A DNA stretch of 64,000 nt, taken from positions 35,020-99,019 of the forward strand of contig CASEIZ010000050.1 of assembly GCA_949288185.1 (NCBI GenBank). Reading direction: 5' to 3'. Under the pieces are notes generated by a model. The model had not been told where the DNA came from. It worked only from the letters and a program-made list of their open reading frames with translations, and searched no databases. The translations under genes were made by a program, and so were the position numbers. This DNA is from an uncultured Eubacteriales bacterium (GTDB taxonomy: Bacteria > Bacillota > Clostridia > TANB77 > CAG-508). This document shows, piece after piece, positions 10,338 to 21,800 of the stretch. Position 1 is the first letter of the stretch. Each line of letters begins with the position of its first letter.

Positions 10338-10373
10338 AGTTGCCAAAGGGGACGGGTTAAAATGGCAACTTTT
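10338..10373 (+). terminator. terminator hairpin with a GGGGACG-containing loop
   Basis: AGTTGCCA pairs with TGGCAACT around the loop AAGGGGACGGGTTAAAA, followed by TTT. This module also occurs at 50827-50875. Confidence 0.65.
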
Positions 10374-10422
10374 GATTAAAAGATAAATGTTTTTATAAAA
10401 ATAAAAAAGGAAGGAAAAAGAT

Positions 10423-11061
10423 ATGTTAGCATATATAAAAGGAACATTAGAAATGAAAATGACAGAATATGTGGTCATTGATGTAGGAGGATTAGGATAT
10501 AAAGTATTCATGTCAAGTATTGGAATGGAGAAATTAGGAAATATAGGAGATCAAGTAAAAGTATATACCTATTATAGAGTAAGAGAAGATGACATTAGTA
10601 TATATGGATTTAATTCTAATGAAGAATTGAGAATGTTTGAATTATTATTATCAGTTAGTGGAGTCGGAGCAAAAACAGCATTAGCAATGCTTGCTGTATG
10701 TACACCTTCTGAATTTGTGTTAGCGATTGTATCAGAAGATATTAATGTATTAACATCCATTCCAGGAATTGGACCTAAATCTGCTAAGAGAATTATTTTG
10801 GAATTGAAAGATAAAATCAAAAAAGAACAACAAATTCAAGAATTAGAAAATGCTTCAAGAAATAATAAAGAAATGAGCGAAACAAGTATAAAAGTAAAAC
10901 AAATGATTGAAGATGATAACAAAGTACAAGAGGCAATAGCAGCCCTACAAGTTTTAGGATATAACAAAAAAGAGATTGAAAAAGCATTTATGAAAATAGA
11001 TAAAACGAATTTAACAACAGAAGACTTGATTAAGAAAGGATTAATGATTTTAGCAAATTAA
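10423..11061 (+). CDS. ruvA: Holliday junction DNA helicase subunit RuvA
   Basis: N-terminus MLAYIKGTLE...VIDVGGLGYKV and helix-hairpin-helix motifs LLSVSGVGAKTALAML and IPGIGPKSAKRI. Confidence 0.9.
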   Translation: MLAYIKGTLEMKMTEYVVIDVGGLGYKVFMSSIGMEKLGNIGDQVKVYTYYRVREDDISIYGFNSNEELRMFELLLSVSGVGAKTALAMLAVCTPSEFVLAIVSEDINVLTSIPGIGPKSAKRIILELKDKIKKEQQIQELENASRNNKEMSETSIKVKQMIEDDNKVQEAIAALQVLGYNKKEIEKAFMKIDKTNLTTEDLIKKGLMILAN

Positions 11062-11074
11062 ATCCTATTTTAGA

Positions 11075-11102
11075 ATATAGAAAAAAGCAATTTTTTCTAT
11101 AT
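11075..11102 (+). terminator. AT-rich hairpin after ruvA
   Basis: ATATAGAAAAAA, loop GCAA, TTTTTTCTATAT. Confidence 0.45.
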
Positions 11103-11148
11103 ATCATATGGAATTGTTTCAATGATAGGGAAGGAAAGGAAAATAAAG

Positions 11149-12393
11149 ATGAATAGTAATGAACCATTAGCATTTAGAATGAGACCAAGAACCCTAGAAG
11201 AATATGTTGGACAAGAACATGTTTTAGGAAAAGGCAAAATTTTATATAGAACCATCAAAGCAGATAGACTATCTAGTATTATCTTATTTGGACCACCTGG
11301 GTGTGGAAAAACATCATTAGCAAGAGTGATTAGTGAAACCACAAAATATAAATTTTATAAAATCAATGCGGTTACTTCAGGAGTAGCAGATATTAAAAGA
11401 GTGGTAGAAGAAACAAAGAACTTTATGATTAATCCTGCTGGAAAAAGTATTTTATTTATTGATGAGATTCATAGATTCAATAAATTACAACAAGATGCCT
11501 TACTTCCTTTTGTAGAAAATGGAACAGTTATTTTGATTGGAGCAACAACAGAAAATCCATATTTTGAAGTTAATAAAGCTTTGATTTCTAGGTCAATGGT
11601 TATCAAATTAGAGCCATTAACAACAGAAAATATTTTTACGATTTTAAAAAATGCAATTACGAGAAAAGATGGATTAGGGGAATATAATTTAAAAATAGAG
11701 GACGAGACTTTAAAAAAATTAGCGATAATTGCTAATGGTGATGTTAGAACAGCTTTAAATGGATTAGAAGTTGCAGTATTAACAACCAATATGGATACAG
11801 ATGGATATATCCATATTACAGATGAAATTATTAAAAATAGTGTACAAGATAGAAAAGCCATATTTGATAAAAATGGGGAATCTCATTATGATAATATTAG
11901 TGCATTTATTAAATCCATGAGAGGGTCTGACCCTGATGCAGTTGTATTTTACTTAGCGAGAGCATTAAATGGAGGAGAAGATCCTATGTTTTTAGCAAGG
12001 AGAATTGTGATTTGTGCATCAGAAGATGTAGGATTAGCAAATCCACAAGCTTTAATAGTTGCAAATTCTGCTATGCAAGCGGTTCATATGGTAGGAATGC
12101 CAGAAGCAAGAATTATTTTATCAGAAGCAGCTATATATGTTGCCTTATCGAAAAAATCAAATGCAAGTTACTTGGCAATTAATAAAGCCTTAGAAGATGT
12201 AAAAAATAAGGAAACAGGAGAAGTACCAATGCATTTAAGAAATGCACCAATTGAAGATATGAAAAATTTAGGATATAGTAATGGATATTTATATCCTCAT
12301 GATTTCCCTGGCCACTATGTAGAACAGCAATATTTACCAGATGAAATGGTAGGAACCAAATATTATATAAACGATGAGAATATTGATTTATAA
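11149..12393 (+). CDS. rarA: replication-associated recombination protein A (AAA+ ATPase)
   Basis: PLAFRMRPRTLEEYVGQEH, Walker A GPPGCGKTS and Walker B LFIDEIHRFNK. The RBS favours the ATG at 11149 over the ORF-track start at 11122. Confidence 0.9.
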   Translation: MNSNEPLAFRMRPRTLEEYVGQEHVLGKGKILYRTIKADRLSSIILFGPPGCGKTSLARVISETTKYKFYKINAVTSGVADIKRVVEETKNFMINPAGKSILFIDEIHRFNKLQQDALLPFVENGTVILIGATTENPYFEVNKALISRSMVIKLEPLTTENIFTILKNAITRKDGLGEYNLKIEDETLKKLAIIANGDVRTALNGLEVAVLTTNMDTDGYIHITDEIIKNSVQDRKAIFDKNGESHYDNISAFIKSMRGSDPDAVVFYLARALNGGEDPMFLARRIVICASEDVGLANPQALIVANSAMQAVHMVGMPEARIILSEAAIYVALSKKSNASYLAINKALEDVKNKETGEVPMHLRNAPIEDMKNLGYSNGYLYPHDFPGHYVEQQYLPDEMVGTKYYINDENIDL

Positions 12394-12417
12394 GAATAGG
12401 ATAGAGAGTTATATAAT

Positions 12418-12462
12418 AAAGATGACATTTTATAAAAAAAACTGTCATCTTTATGATTTTTT
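12418..12462 (+). terminator. terminator after rarA
   Basis: AAAGATGACA pairs with TGTCATCTTT, then ATGATTTTTT. Confidence 0.55.
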
Positions 12463-12520
12463 AGTATATGATATCAAAATGTGGAAATCATAGATAGAAA
12501 TATAACAATAGGAGGATAAA

Positions 12521-12736
12521 ATGCCAAGAGATGGAAATGATGGACAAAATGCAAAAGAAAGTGAATGGAAAAATAAAGATGAGATATACTTATTTGAATT
12601 ACAAAAATTTTTGGATATAGTGGAAAATGTGGAAGATGAAGAGTTGCGAAAAGAAATTATTGCACAAATGCTAAAATGTGATAAAAGAATTACACAATTA
12701 GCAGAGACTATTTTCGAAGAATTAGAAAAACAATAA
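12521..12736 (+). CDS. small acidic hypothetical protein (71 aa)
   Basis: Strong RBS AGGAGG 7 nt upstream. The overlapping minus-strand ORF 12451..12822 looks like a shadow ORF. Confidence 0.55.
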   Translation: MPRDGNDGQNAKESEWKNKDEIYLFELQKFLDIVENVEDEELRKEIIAQMLKCDKRITQLAETIFEELEKQ

Positions 12737-12892
12737 TGAAAAATAAAAATTTTTAGGTTATAAGAAAAATGATTTTCTATACAATAAAACATATGAAACA
12801 ATGTTAAGTTAAGTAAGTTCAAAGCAGAAATAAATATTTAATCAGTTATTTCAAAAGAAAAAAGCAAAAGTAAATGCATAAAAAATAAAAAA

Positions 12893-13267
12893 ATGCAAAA
12901 AATAGAAAATATGAAAAATATAGCAAGAAAAATCATAATAGGAATATTGGCTGGAATTGTTAGTGGACTTTTTTCAACAGGAGGGGGAATGATTGTGGTT
13001 CCAGCATTGATATATTTATTAGACATGGAAGATAAAAAAGCAAGAGGCACCTCTATTTTTTGTATATTACCAATGGTTATTACAAGCGGATTTTTCTATT
13101 ATAAAAGTAATTATATAGATTGGAACATTTCTATCCTTTGCGCCATTGGTGGAATGATAGGAGGATATATAGGTGCAAAAGTGCTTAAAAAGATATCCGT
13201 TCAATATTTAAAAATGGCATTTACTATTTTTTTAATATATGCTTCCTATAAAATGATTTTTCATTAA
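12893..13267 (+). CDS. TauE/SafE-family anion exporter, N-terminal-half-like protein
   Basis: About 4 TM helices with the signature GILAGIVSGLFSTGGGMIVVP. The true start may be the ATG at 12911. Confidence 0.65.
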   Translation: MQKIENMKNIARKIIIGILAGIVSGLFSTGGGMIVVPALIYLLDMEDKKARGTSIFCILPMVITSGFFYYKSNYIDWNISILCAIGGMIGGYIGAKVLKKISVQYLKMAFTIFLIYASYKMIFH

Positions 13268-13278
13268 GAAGGAAAAAT

Positions 13279-13674
13279 ATGATAGAAATTTTAATAGGCA
13301 TATTATCGGGAATTATCAGTGGAACTGGAATGGGAGGAGGAACCATCTTAATCTTTCTCCTTGTATATGTATTGGGAATTGAACAACATATTGCCCAAGC
13401 GACGAATTTGATTTTTTTTATTCCCACATCCATAATAGCAATTCTTATCAATATAAAAAACAAAAATATTGCCTTACAAAGCGCTGTATTCATTTCTATA
13501 TTTGGAATATTAGGTGCCATCATTGGTGCCAATATATCGATTAATATTGATGTCAATCTGTTAAGAAAATGTTTTGGTATATTTTTGCTAATCATTGCCA
13601 TTCATGAAATTTATACCATCATAAAATGGTATAAAAAACAAAAAACACGAGATACTAAAAGAAATGAAAGTTAA
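13279..13674 (+). CDS. TauE/SafE-family anion exporter, C-terminal-half-like protein
   Basis: About 4 TM helices with the signature GILSGIISGTGMGGGTILIF. It has its own RBS GAAGGA, 11 nt after the upstream stop. Confidence 0.65.
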   Translation: MIEILIGILSGIISGTGMGGGTILIFLLVYVLGIEQHIAQATNLIFFIPTSIIAILINIKNKNIALQSAVFISIFGILGAIIGANISINIDVNLLRKCFGIFLLIIAIHEIYTIIKWYKKQKTRDTKRNES

Positions 13675-13702
13675 AAATAAGATTTTAGAGAGGATGATGA
13701 AT

Positions 13703-13843
13703 ATGAAATTTGTAAAAGGTGTTGTTATAGGAGGATTATTAGTAACAGGAGCAGCTATGATGTATACAGAAATGGGAAAAAGTACAAAAAGAAAGATGAT
13801 GAAAAAAGGAAGACAAATGATAAAAAAGATGGGCATTGCATAA
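13703..13843 (+). CDS. small membrane protein (46 aa), not in the ORF track
   Basis: ATG at 13703 preceded by GAGAGGA. Sequence MKFVKGVVIGGLLVTGAAMMYTEMGKSTKRKMMKKGRQMIKKMGIA has one TM helix and a basic tail. TAA at 13841-13843. Confidence 0.5.
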   Translation: MKFVKGVVIGGLLVTGAAMMYTEMGKSTKRKMMKKGRQMIKKMGIA

Positions 13844-13903
13844 GAATTTAAAATATGTGAATAAAAAAATATAAAGAAATATACTTAGGCATAATCAAAA
13901 GTC

Positions 13904-13937
13904 AAAAAATCCAACTTAAATAAAAGTTGGATTTTTT
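13904..13937. terminator. bidirectional terminator between convergent genes
   Basis: AAAAAATCCAACTT pairs with AAGTTGGATTTTTT. Confidence 0.7.
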
Positions 13938-13960
13938 GCTTGTATTGACAGTTTTAGATA

Positions 13961-14551
13961 TTAGTATTTATTACAACAACATGGTCTGTCATAGTAACCG
14001 GGCTTTTTATCATCATGCTTTTCATCACATTTTTTATTGCATTTATCCTCATGTTTGTCATCACATTTATCACAGCATTTATCATTGTGTTTTTCATCAC
14101 ATTTATCCTTGCATTTATCGTCGTATTTTTCATCTTTTTTGTCTTTACATTTATCAGATTCTAAAAAGCAATCACATTTTTCATGTTTTTCGCCTTTTAA
14201 ACATCTTCCTTCATGATGACATTTTGCACAAATTTTAATTTTCTTGGTATCATTTACCCAGATTTGAATAGCATATTGTTTTCCTGGACATAAAGGACCA
14301 AATACGAACTCGCCCTCGCAATCGGTAAACGTATGCCCAATTGGTCTACGTTCTTCTTTACCACAATCATAAACAATTTCTACTAATTTTACAACTGCAT
14401 CTGTTACTGGCTCTTTGAAACAATCTTTTACAACTCCATAGATGACATCGCGATTATCTTCTGGTAAAGTAATGTCTAGATCAAATTGTTTTCCTCCAGA
14501 TATAACTCCATCAACATCTAAAATTTGACATGGTTTTTTATTATATTCCAT
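13961..14551 (-). CDS. hypothetical protein: beta-rich N-domain plus Cys/His/Asp/Lys repeat tail
   Basis: RBS AAAGGGTGA. The N-terminal ~110 aa may be a carboxypeptidase-regulatory-like fold. The tail is CKDKKDEKYDDKCKDKCDEKHNDKCCDKCDDKHEDKCNKKCDEKHDDKK...PCCCNKY. Confidence 0.7.
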   Translation of the reverse strand: MEYNKKPCQILDVDGVISGGKQFDLDITLPEDNRDVIYGVVKDCFKEPVTDAVVKLVEIVYDCGKEERRPIGHTFTDCEGEFVFGPLCPGKQYAIQIWVNDTKKIKICAKCHHEGRCLKGEKHEKCDCFLESDKCKDKKDEKYDDKCKDKCDEKHNDKCCDKCDDKHEDKCNKKCDEKHDDKKPGYYDRPCCCNKY

Positions 14552-14783
14552 TTTAAAATCACCCTTTCTAAAGCAACTTAAGTTGCTTTATATATCATAT
14601 GAAGAATTTTGTCGAAAGTGAAAGAAATAAGGATAGAAATAAAAAAATAAAAAAAAAGTTTACAATATATTTTTTTATGATATAATATAAAAGAGTTAAT
14701 ATGGTTATATACGGAAAATTTATTTGAAGTTAAGATAAAATTCAATTTTTTATATAATAACAAGGAACTAAGGAGGAAGAAAG

Positions 14784-15647
14784 ATGGGAAAGAAACTAAA
14801 AAGAGAGAAAAAGCGAGAAGAGAGAGTAACAGAATATGCAAATAAAATCATAGGAAAAAGAGAAAGAAAATTAGGAAGAAAATTAACAGAAGAAGAAATA
14901 GTTGAAGCTTTTCAAAGGTCAGAGAGAAGAGAAGAAAAAAGAATAAAAAGGAACAGAAAAATTGTTGCAATTTTAACAGCATTAGGAATTGGTGGTATAG
15001 CATTATTAAATTCAGGAGAAAAACCAGAACCAGAACCAGAACCAGAGCCTCCTAGCGGACAAGAAACAGATATTGATGATGAAAAAGATAATGAGAAACC
15101 AAAAACAGATAGAGAAAAGTGGTTAGAGGGACTTCAAGTAACGGATACCATAGATTCTATTTTACAAGAATATAATGATAATTTACCAGAAGAAGAAAAA
15201 ATCAATAAAAATGATTTAGGAATTATTTTACGAGAAAATATAGGAGAAGGACACGTTATTCAAGTGACTTCAGGAAATGGAGAAATATCATATGTAGAAA
15301 ATCCTTTGCTATCAGGAATTTTACCTGAAGGACAAGAATGGGTAGAGGGACAAGATATAAATGATGAATATATTTTAGTAGATACAGAAAATAATAGTAC
15401 AGTAGCAGGAATGGGAACAATTGATAATATGAAAACAGAAATTGATGTACAATATGCAAATTTCGGTGGGCAAGAATATGTAAAAAATGATGAAACATAT
15501 GTAGGATTACCAGAAGGTGTTGATTTAGAAGAAGCCTATGAAGATTTTTCTAATTACTATCAATTTAGACTTCAACAACAAGAAAAACAACAAGAAGAAC
15601 AACAAAAAGATACACAGCAAATAGATGATTATGAAATAGAACCTTAA
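14784..15647 (+). CDS. hypothetical single-pass membrane protein with (PE)n linker
   Basis: RBS AAGGAGG. It has a basic N-terminus, TM helix IVAILTALGIGGIALL, linker EKPEPEPEPEPP and an acidic, Q-rich C-terminus. Confidence 0.7.
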   Translation: MGKKLKREKKREERVTEYANKIIGKRERKLGRKLTEEEIVEAFQRSERREEKRIKRNRKIVAILTALGIGGIALLNSGEKPEPEPEPEPPSGQETDIDDEKDNEKPKTDREKWLEGLQVTDTIDSILQEYNDNLPEEEKINKNDLGIILRENIGEGHVIQVTSGNGEISYVENPLLSGILPEGQEWVEGQDINDEYILVDTENNSTVAGMGTIDNMKTEIDVQYANFGGQEYVKNDETYVGLPEGVDLEEAYEDFSNYYQFRLQQQEKQQEEQQKDTQQIDDYEIEP

Positions 15648-15755
15648 ACATAACAGAAGAAAAGAAAACTTACGATATGCAAACTGCAAACAAATCAACC
15701 ATGTAGATGCAAGATAAAAAACCAAAATTTAGATAATAAAAAATAACAGAAGAGT

Positions 15756-15817
15756 ATAAAAAATCCACTCTTTGCAAACAATATGTGTAAAACATATTTG
15801 CAAGGAGTGGAATTTTT
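15756..15817 (+). promoter_or_regulatory. terminator-like hairpin that sequesters the SD of the glucan synthase gene
   Basis: A-run + CCACTCTTTGCAAA..ATATGT pairs with ACATAT..TTTGCAAGGAGTGG + T7 run. The SD AAGGAG (15802-15807) lies in the 3' arm, and the TTG start at 15818 directly follows the T-run. Confidence 0.55.
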
Positions 15818-18800
15818 TTGAAAACAAATAAAATATTAAAAATTGATGGAACAATATTAGACAAAAAGCAATTAGAAAACCATTTACAAAAAATAGCATC
15901 AAACCATAACTTAATCAATAAACCATCAAAAGAAACATATCCAATTCCGCAATTAATGGAAAACTATGAAACCATAAAAATTGTATATAATTTATTAAAT
16001 GAACATGTCAAATTAGGAATGACAACACATCCAGCAGGTGAATGGTTGTTAGACAATTTTTATATCATAGAAGAAACGGTAAAACAAATACAAAAAGAAT
16101 TAACACTAAAAAAGTACATGAATTTTTTAGGAATTGCGAATGGAAAATACAAAGGATTTGCTAGAATATATGTATTAGCAGCAGAAATTGTAGCATATAC
16201 AGATAACAAAATCCAGAAAGAAGACTTAGAAGATTATCTGGCAAGTTATCAAGAAAAAAAGACATTAAGTATGGAAGAAATCTGGAATATTGGTTTGTTT
16301 CTTCAAATAGCCATTATTGAAAATATTAGAGAAATTTGTGAAAAAATATATAGTAGTCAAATACAAAAGATGAAAGCAGAAAATATTGTACAAAAATTGA
16401 TAGAAACACCACAAGAGAATAAAGAAAATCATATATATCATTTGAAAAATATCAAAAAAGATATGTTAAATGATGTGAAATATCCATTTATTGAATATAT
16501 GTCATATATCTTAAAACGATATGGAAAAAAAGGATATCGTTATTTAAAAATATTAGATGAAATTGTAGAAATGACAGGAACAACCGTACAAGAAGTTATC
16601 AAAAAAGAGCATTTTGATATTGCTGTTAAAAAAGTATCTATTGGAAATAGTATTACCAGTATAAAGACCATTCAAAGAATCAATTTTTTAGAAATTTTTG
16701 AGAAAATAAATGGAGTAGAAGAAATTTTAAAACAGGATCCAGCAGATGTTTATTCTAAAATGGATAATGAGACAAAAGAGAGTTATAGAAACATCATTAA
16801 AGAAATATCGAAAAAAACGAAAATATCAGAAATCTATATAGCTAAAAAGATTTTACAATTAGCAAAAGAAAACGAAAATATTGGAAAGAAAGCACATATA
16901 GGATATTATATCATTGATAAAGGAATTGAAAAAATTTATCAAGAATTACAATGTAAAGTACCAAAGCATTTACATGAAAAAACAAAACAAAAAGTATATA
17001 TTGCAACAAATATTATTTTATCAATTATAGTATCTCTTGTATTTAGTAGCATTTTAAATGTATATATTCAAAATGTAGGGGTATATATATTGAGCTTTCT
17101 AATTTTATTAATTCCATCATCAGAAATTGTAACACAAATTATACAATATATGTTAAGTAAAATCGTAAAACCAAAACCAATTCCGAAAATAGATTTTTCA
17201 AAAGGAATTGATGAAGAAAATGCATGTATGGTAGTCATTCCAAGCATATTGAAAAATAAAGAAAAAGTAAAAGAGCTAATGCACAAATTAGAGGTGTATT
17301 ATATTGCCAATGAATCAAAAAATTTGTATTTCACTTTATTAGGTGATTGTTCAGAAAGTAGCATAAAAGAAGAAAAATTCGATAATGAAGTGATTGGAAC
17401 AGGAACTCGATTAGCAGAAAATTTAAATAAAAAATATGCAACAGAAAATGATTTCCCAATTTTTCATTTTATTTATAGAAAAAGAGAATGGAACGAAAAA
17501 GAAAATTGCTATTTAGGTTGGGAACGAAAAAGAGGAATGCTCACACAATTTAATGAATATCTACTAGAAAATGAAGAAAATGTATTTCGTGCCAATACCA
17601 TAGAAGCATATAAGGATTGTATCCCTAAAATACAATATGTCATTACCTTAGATGCAGATACAGAGCTGATTTTAAATTCTGCTTTTGAATTGGTAGGGGC
17701 AATGGCACATATCTTGAATAAACCAGTAATCGATGAAGAAAGAAATATTGTCATAGAAGGACATGGGATGATTCAACCTAGAATTGGAATTAACTTAGAT
17801 ATTTCCTATAAAACCATATTTACACAAATATTTGCAGGAGCAGGTGGAATTGACTCTTATACAAATGCGATTTCTGATTTATATCAAGACAATTTTGGAG
17901 AAGGTATCTTCACAGGAAAAGGAATCTATGATGTAAAGGTATTTTCAAGAGTACTAAAAAATGCGATACCAGAAAATACAGTATTAAGTCATGACTTATT
18001 AGAAGGCTGTTATTTACGTTGTGGTTTGGCAACTGATATTATGCTAATGGATGGATATCCTACGAAATACAATAGTTTTATGAACCGATTATCCAGATGG
18101 ATAAGAGGGGATTGGCAAATTATTAGTTGGTTGAAAGATAAGATAAAAAGTAAAGTAGGAAACATACAAAATCCATTAAATAGTCTTTCAAAATATAAGA
18201 TTTTTGATAATTTAAGAAGAAGTTTGATTGAAATTATGGTTATCATTTCTTTAATTTTGTTTGTTATTCTAGGAAAAGTGTATCATTTTGAAACATATCC
18301 ATTGATTATCATAAGTATCATAGCAGTTGTTATGCCTTATATATTAGAAATTTTTAATACGATGTTAGTAAAAAAGGAAGGGGAGCATAAACAAAAGAAG
18401 TTTTCTCCTAGGATATCAGGGTATAAAGGAATTTGTTTAAGAATATGGATAACCATAGGTGTATTACCTTATAAAGCATATGTTTCTTGTATAGCCATCA
18501 TTAAAACATTGTATCGAAAATGGGTCAGTCATAAAAAATTATTAGAATGGATGACATCAGAAGAAGCAGAAAAACAAGCAAAAAATGATGTGATATCCTA
18601 TATAAAACAAATGTGGTTTAATATCGCTTTGGGAATTTTAACCATGGGAATTTCTTTCACTAACAAAGGATTTGGAAATTTTGTCATTCAAATGATATTA
18701 GGTATTTTGTGGACTGTTACACCTTTTATCATGTGGTATATTAGCAAAGAGAAAAAAGAAATAAAAGCAGTTGAAACATTAGATAAAGCAGAAATAGAAT

Positions 18801-21800
18801 ATGTTTTAGAAATCGGAAAAAGAACATGGAAATTCTTTAAACAATATATCAATCAAGAAAATCATTATCTTGTGCCAGATAACTATCAAGAAGATAGAAA
18901 ACAAAAAATTGTGACAAGGACATCTTCAACAAATATAGGATTATCTATTTTGGCGATTGTTTCAAGCTATGACTTACAATATGAAGATTTACCAGACACC
19001 ATTGATTTATTGTATAAAGTGTTAACTTCAGTCGATAGTCTGCAAAAATGGAATGGACATTTATATAATTGGTATGATACCAAAACGAAAGAACCATTAA
19101 AACCAAGATATATATCAACAGTGGATAGTGGGAATTTTGTTGGATATTTGTATGTTACAAAAGCTTTTTTGGAAGAAATACAAGAAATGTTGCAAAATCA
19201 TGATAACTGGCATTTTGAACAAAGTATAGGACATGAGAAAAATAGAGAAGAATATGAGACAGCATCAAAAGGAAACACAGTATCAAAAGAAAACACAATA
19301 TCAAATGAACAAAGAAATGAACCAATAGAAACAAAAAGAAAAATAGATATAGAAAATGAAGAAGAAATGATAAGGTTACAAAATCAAATAAAAGAAATGC
19401 TAGAAATTATTGAAAGAATTATTGAGCAAACAGACTTTACCTATTTATATAGTCAAGAACATCAAATTTTTTCCATTGGATACAATATCGAAGAAAACAA
19501 ACTAACAGATTCCTATTATGACTTGTTAGCAACAGAAGCAAGACAAGCAAGTTTGGTTGCCATTGCGAAAAAAGATATTCCATCAAAACATTGGAACCAT
19601 TTAAGTAGAACATTAACGATTTTAGGAAAATATAAAGGATTGATTTCTTGGTCAGGAACAGCATTTGAATATTTAATGCCAAATATCAATATTCCCAAAT
19701 ACAAAGGTAGCCTATTAGATGAATCTTGTAAATTTATGATGATGAGTCAAATGAAATATGCAGAAGAAATGCATTTACCATTTGGTGTATCAGAAGCAGC
19801 ATTTAATTTAAAAGATTTACAATCTAATTATCAATATAAAGCATTTGGAATTCCATGGTTGGGATTAAAAAGAGGACTAGCAGATGAAATGGTCGTGTCA
19901 TCTTATGGTAGTATATTAGCCATTACAGATATTCCAAAAGAAGTTGTTAAAAACCTAAAAGTATTAGAACAATATGGGATGTATAACCAATATGGATTTT
20001 ACGAATCAATCGATTTTACACCAGAAAGAGTTAGAAAAGGAAAACAGGCAGAGGTTGTGAAGACCTATATGGCACATCATCAAGGATTAATTTTATTATC
20101 TATCAATAATTTAATCAATCAACTTATTTTGCAAAAACGATTTACAAAAAATCCAGAAATACAAGCAGTTACCATTTTGCTTCAAGAAACCATGCCAGAA
20201 AAAGCAATTATCACAAAAGAAGATAAAGAAAAGGTAGAAAAATTAAAATATAAAGATTATGAAGATTATATTGTAAGAACATATACCAAAATAGATGAAA
20301 GACTAATTTCAGGAAACGTCATTTCTAATGAAAATTATATGATAGCAATGAATCAAAAAGGAGAAGGTGTTAGTAAATATAAAAATATTTATATCAATCA
20401 TTTTAAACGTACAGATGATTATACACAAGGAATGATATTTTATATCAAAAGTATCAAAAACAAACAAATTATGAGTTCTAGTTATTCACAAAATATAAAA
20501 AATGAAAATCAATATCAAATTCGATTTATGCCAGATAAAAATGAACAAGAAATAGTGAGTGGAAACATAAAAACAACGATAAAAACAACAGTTGCCTCAA
20601 ATGAGCCAGTAGAATTAAGAAGAATCCTATTAGAAAATTTAGGAAATGAAGAAGAAATTGTAGAATTGACAGGATATTTTGAACCTATCTTGACACCAAA
20701 AGAACAATATTATGCACACCCAGCCTTTAATAATCTATTTTTGGTGTATGGATATGATGAAAAAAATGAAGCATTACTTGTCAAAAGAAAGAAAAGAGAA
20801 ATAGGGGAAAAAGAAGTTTATCTTGCAACAACATTACATGCAAGTAGAGAAGATAAAATTGGTGATTTGGAATATGAAATCGAAGAAGAGAAATTTAATG
20901 GAAGAGGAAATTTAAAAATACCAAAAATGGTAAAAGATTCCTTACCATTTTCTAAAAAAATAGGACTTGTGACAGAGCCAGTAATCGCCATGAAAAGAAC
21001 TATCAAAATAAAGAAACAGGAAAAAGTTATCATTGATTTTATATTATCTGTAGAAGAAGAAAAAGAACAAGTGATTCAAAACCTAGAAAAATATACATCA
21101 TTTGAAAATGTAAAAAATGAATTTGAATTGTCAAAAGCAAGAGTAGAAGCAGAAACGCGATATTTAAATATGAAGGGAAAAGACATTGAAATGTATCAAA
21201 AGATGTTATCTTATATTGTATTTGATAATTCTATGAAAAGTGTAGAAAAAGAGAAAATCCATCAAACACAAACTTATAAACAAAGTGATTTATGGAAATA
21301 TGGAATATCAGGAGACTTACCAATTGTGTTGGTAAAAATGAAAAATGCAAATGATGTGCAAGGGCTAAAAGAAGTATTAAAAGCTTATGAATATTTTAGA
21401 ACCAAAAATGTAGAAACAGAAATTGTCATTATGGATGAAGAAAAATATAGTTATGAAAATTATGTAAGAGAAGAAATTGATTCTACCATATTAAACCAGC
21501 ATATGGGATATTTAAAAAATATAAAGGGTGGTATTTTTATCTTAAATGAAGAGGAAATGGACAAAAAAGATAATACTTTTCTAGAATTTATATCTGTTAT
21601 CACAATTGATTGTGCAAAAGGAAATTTAGAAAACAATTTAAAAGAAATAGAAGAAACCTATTTAGAAAATTATAAAGAAATTAGTGAAGAAGAAAATGTA
21701 AATCAATTTGTTGAAGAAAATACAGAAGATGTGGATATTTTAAAAGATACAAAAGCTTTAAAATACTATAATGAATATGGGGCTTTTTCAGAAGATGGAA

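Noticed and set aside
10423-12393. ruvA is followed by rarA instead of ruvB.
   Set aside because: Gene-order variation of this kind is common. Nothing in the sequence suggests a functional novelty.
12451-12822. 123-aa minus-strand ORF overlapping the 71-aa + strand gene.
   Set aside because: It has hydrophobic, Ser-rich junk-like sequence without an SD. The + strand ORF has AGGAGG at ideal spacing.
13927-14238. His/Tyr/Cys-rich 103-aa ORF on the + strand.
   Set aside because: It is the mirror image of the Cys/Asp/Lys repeat of the minus-strand gene, which has a proper SD and a globular N-domain.
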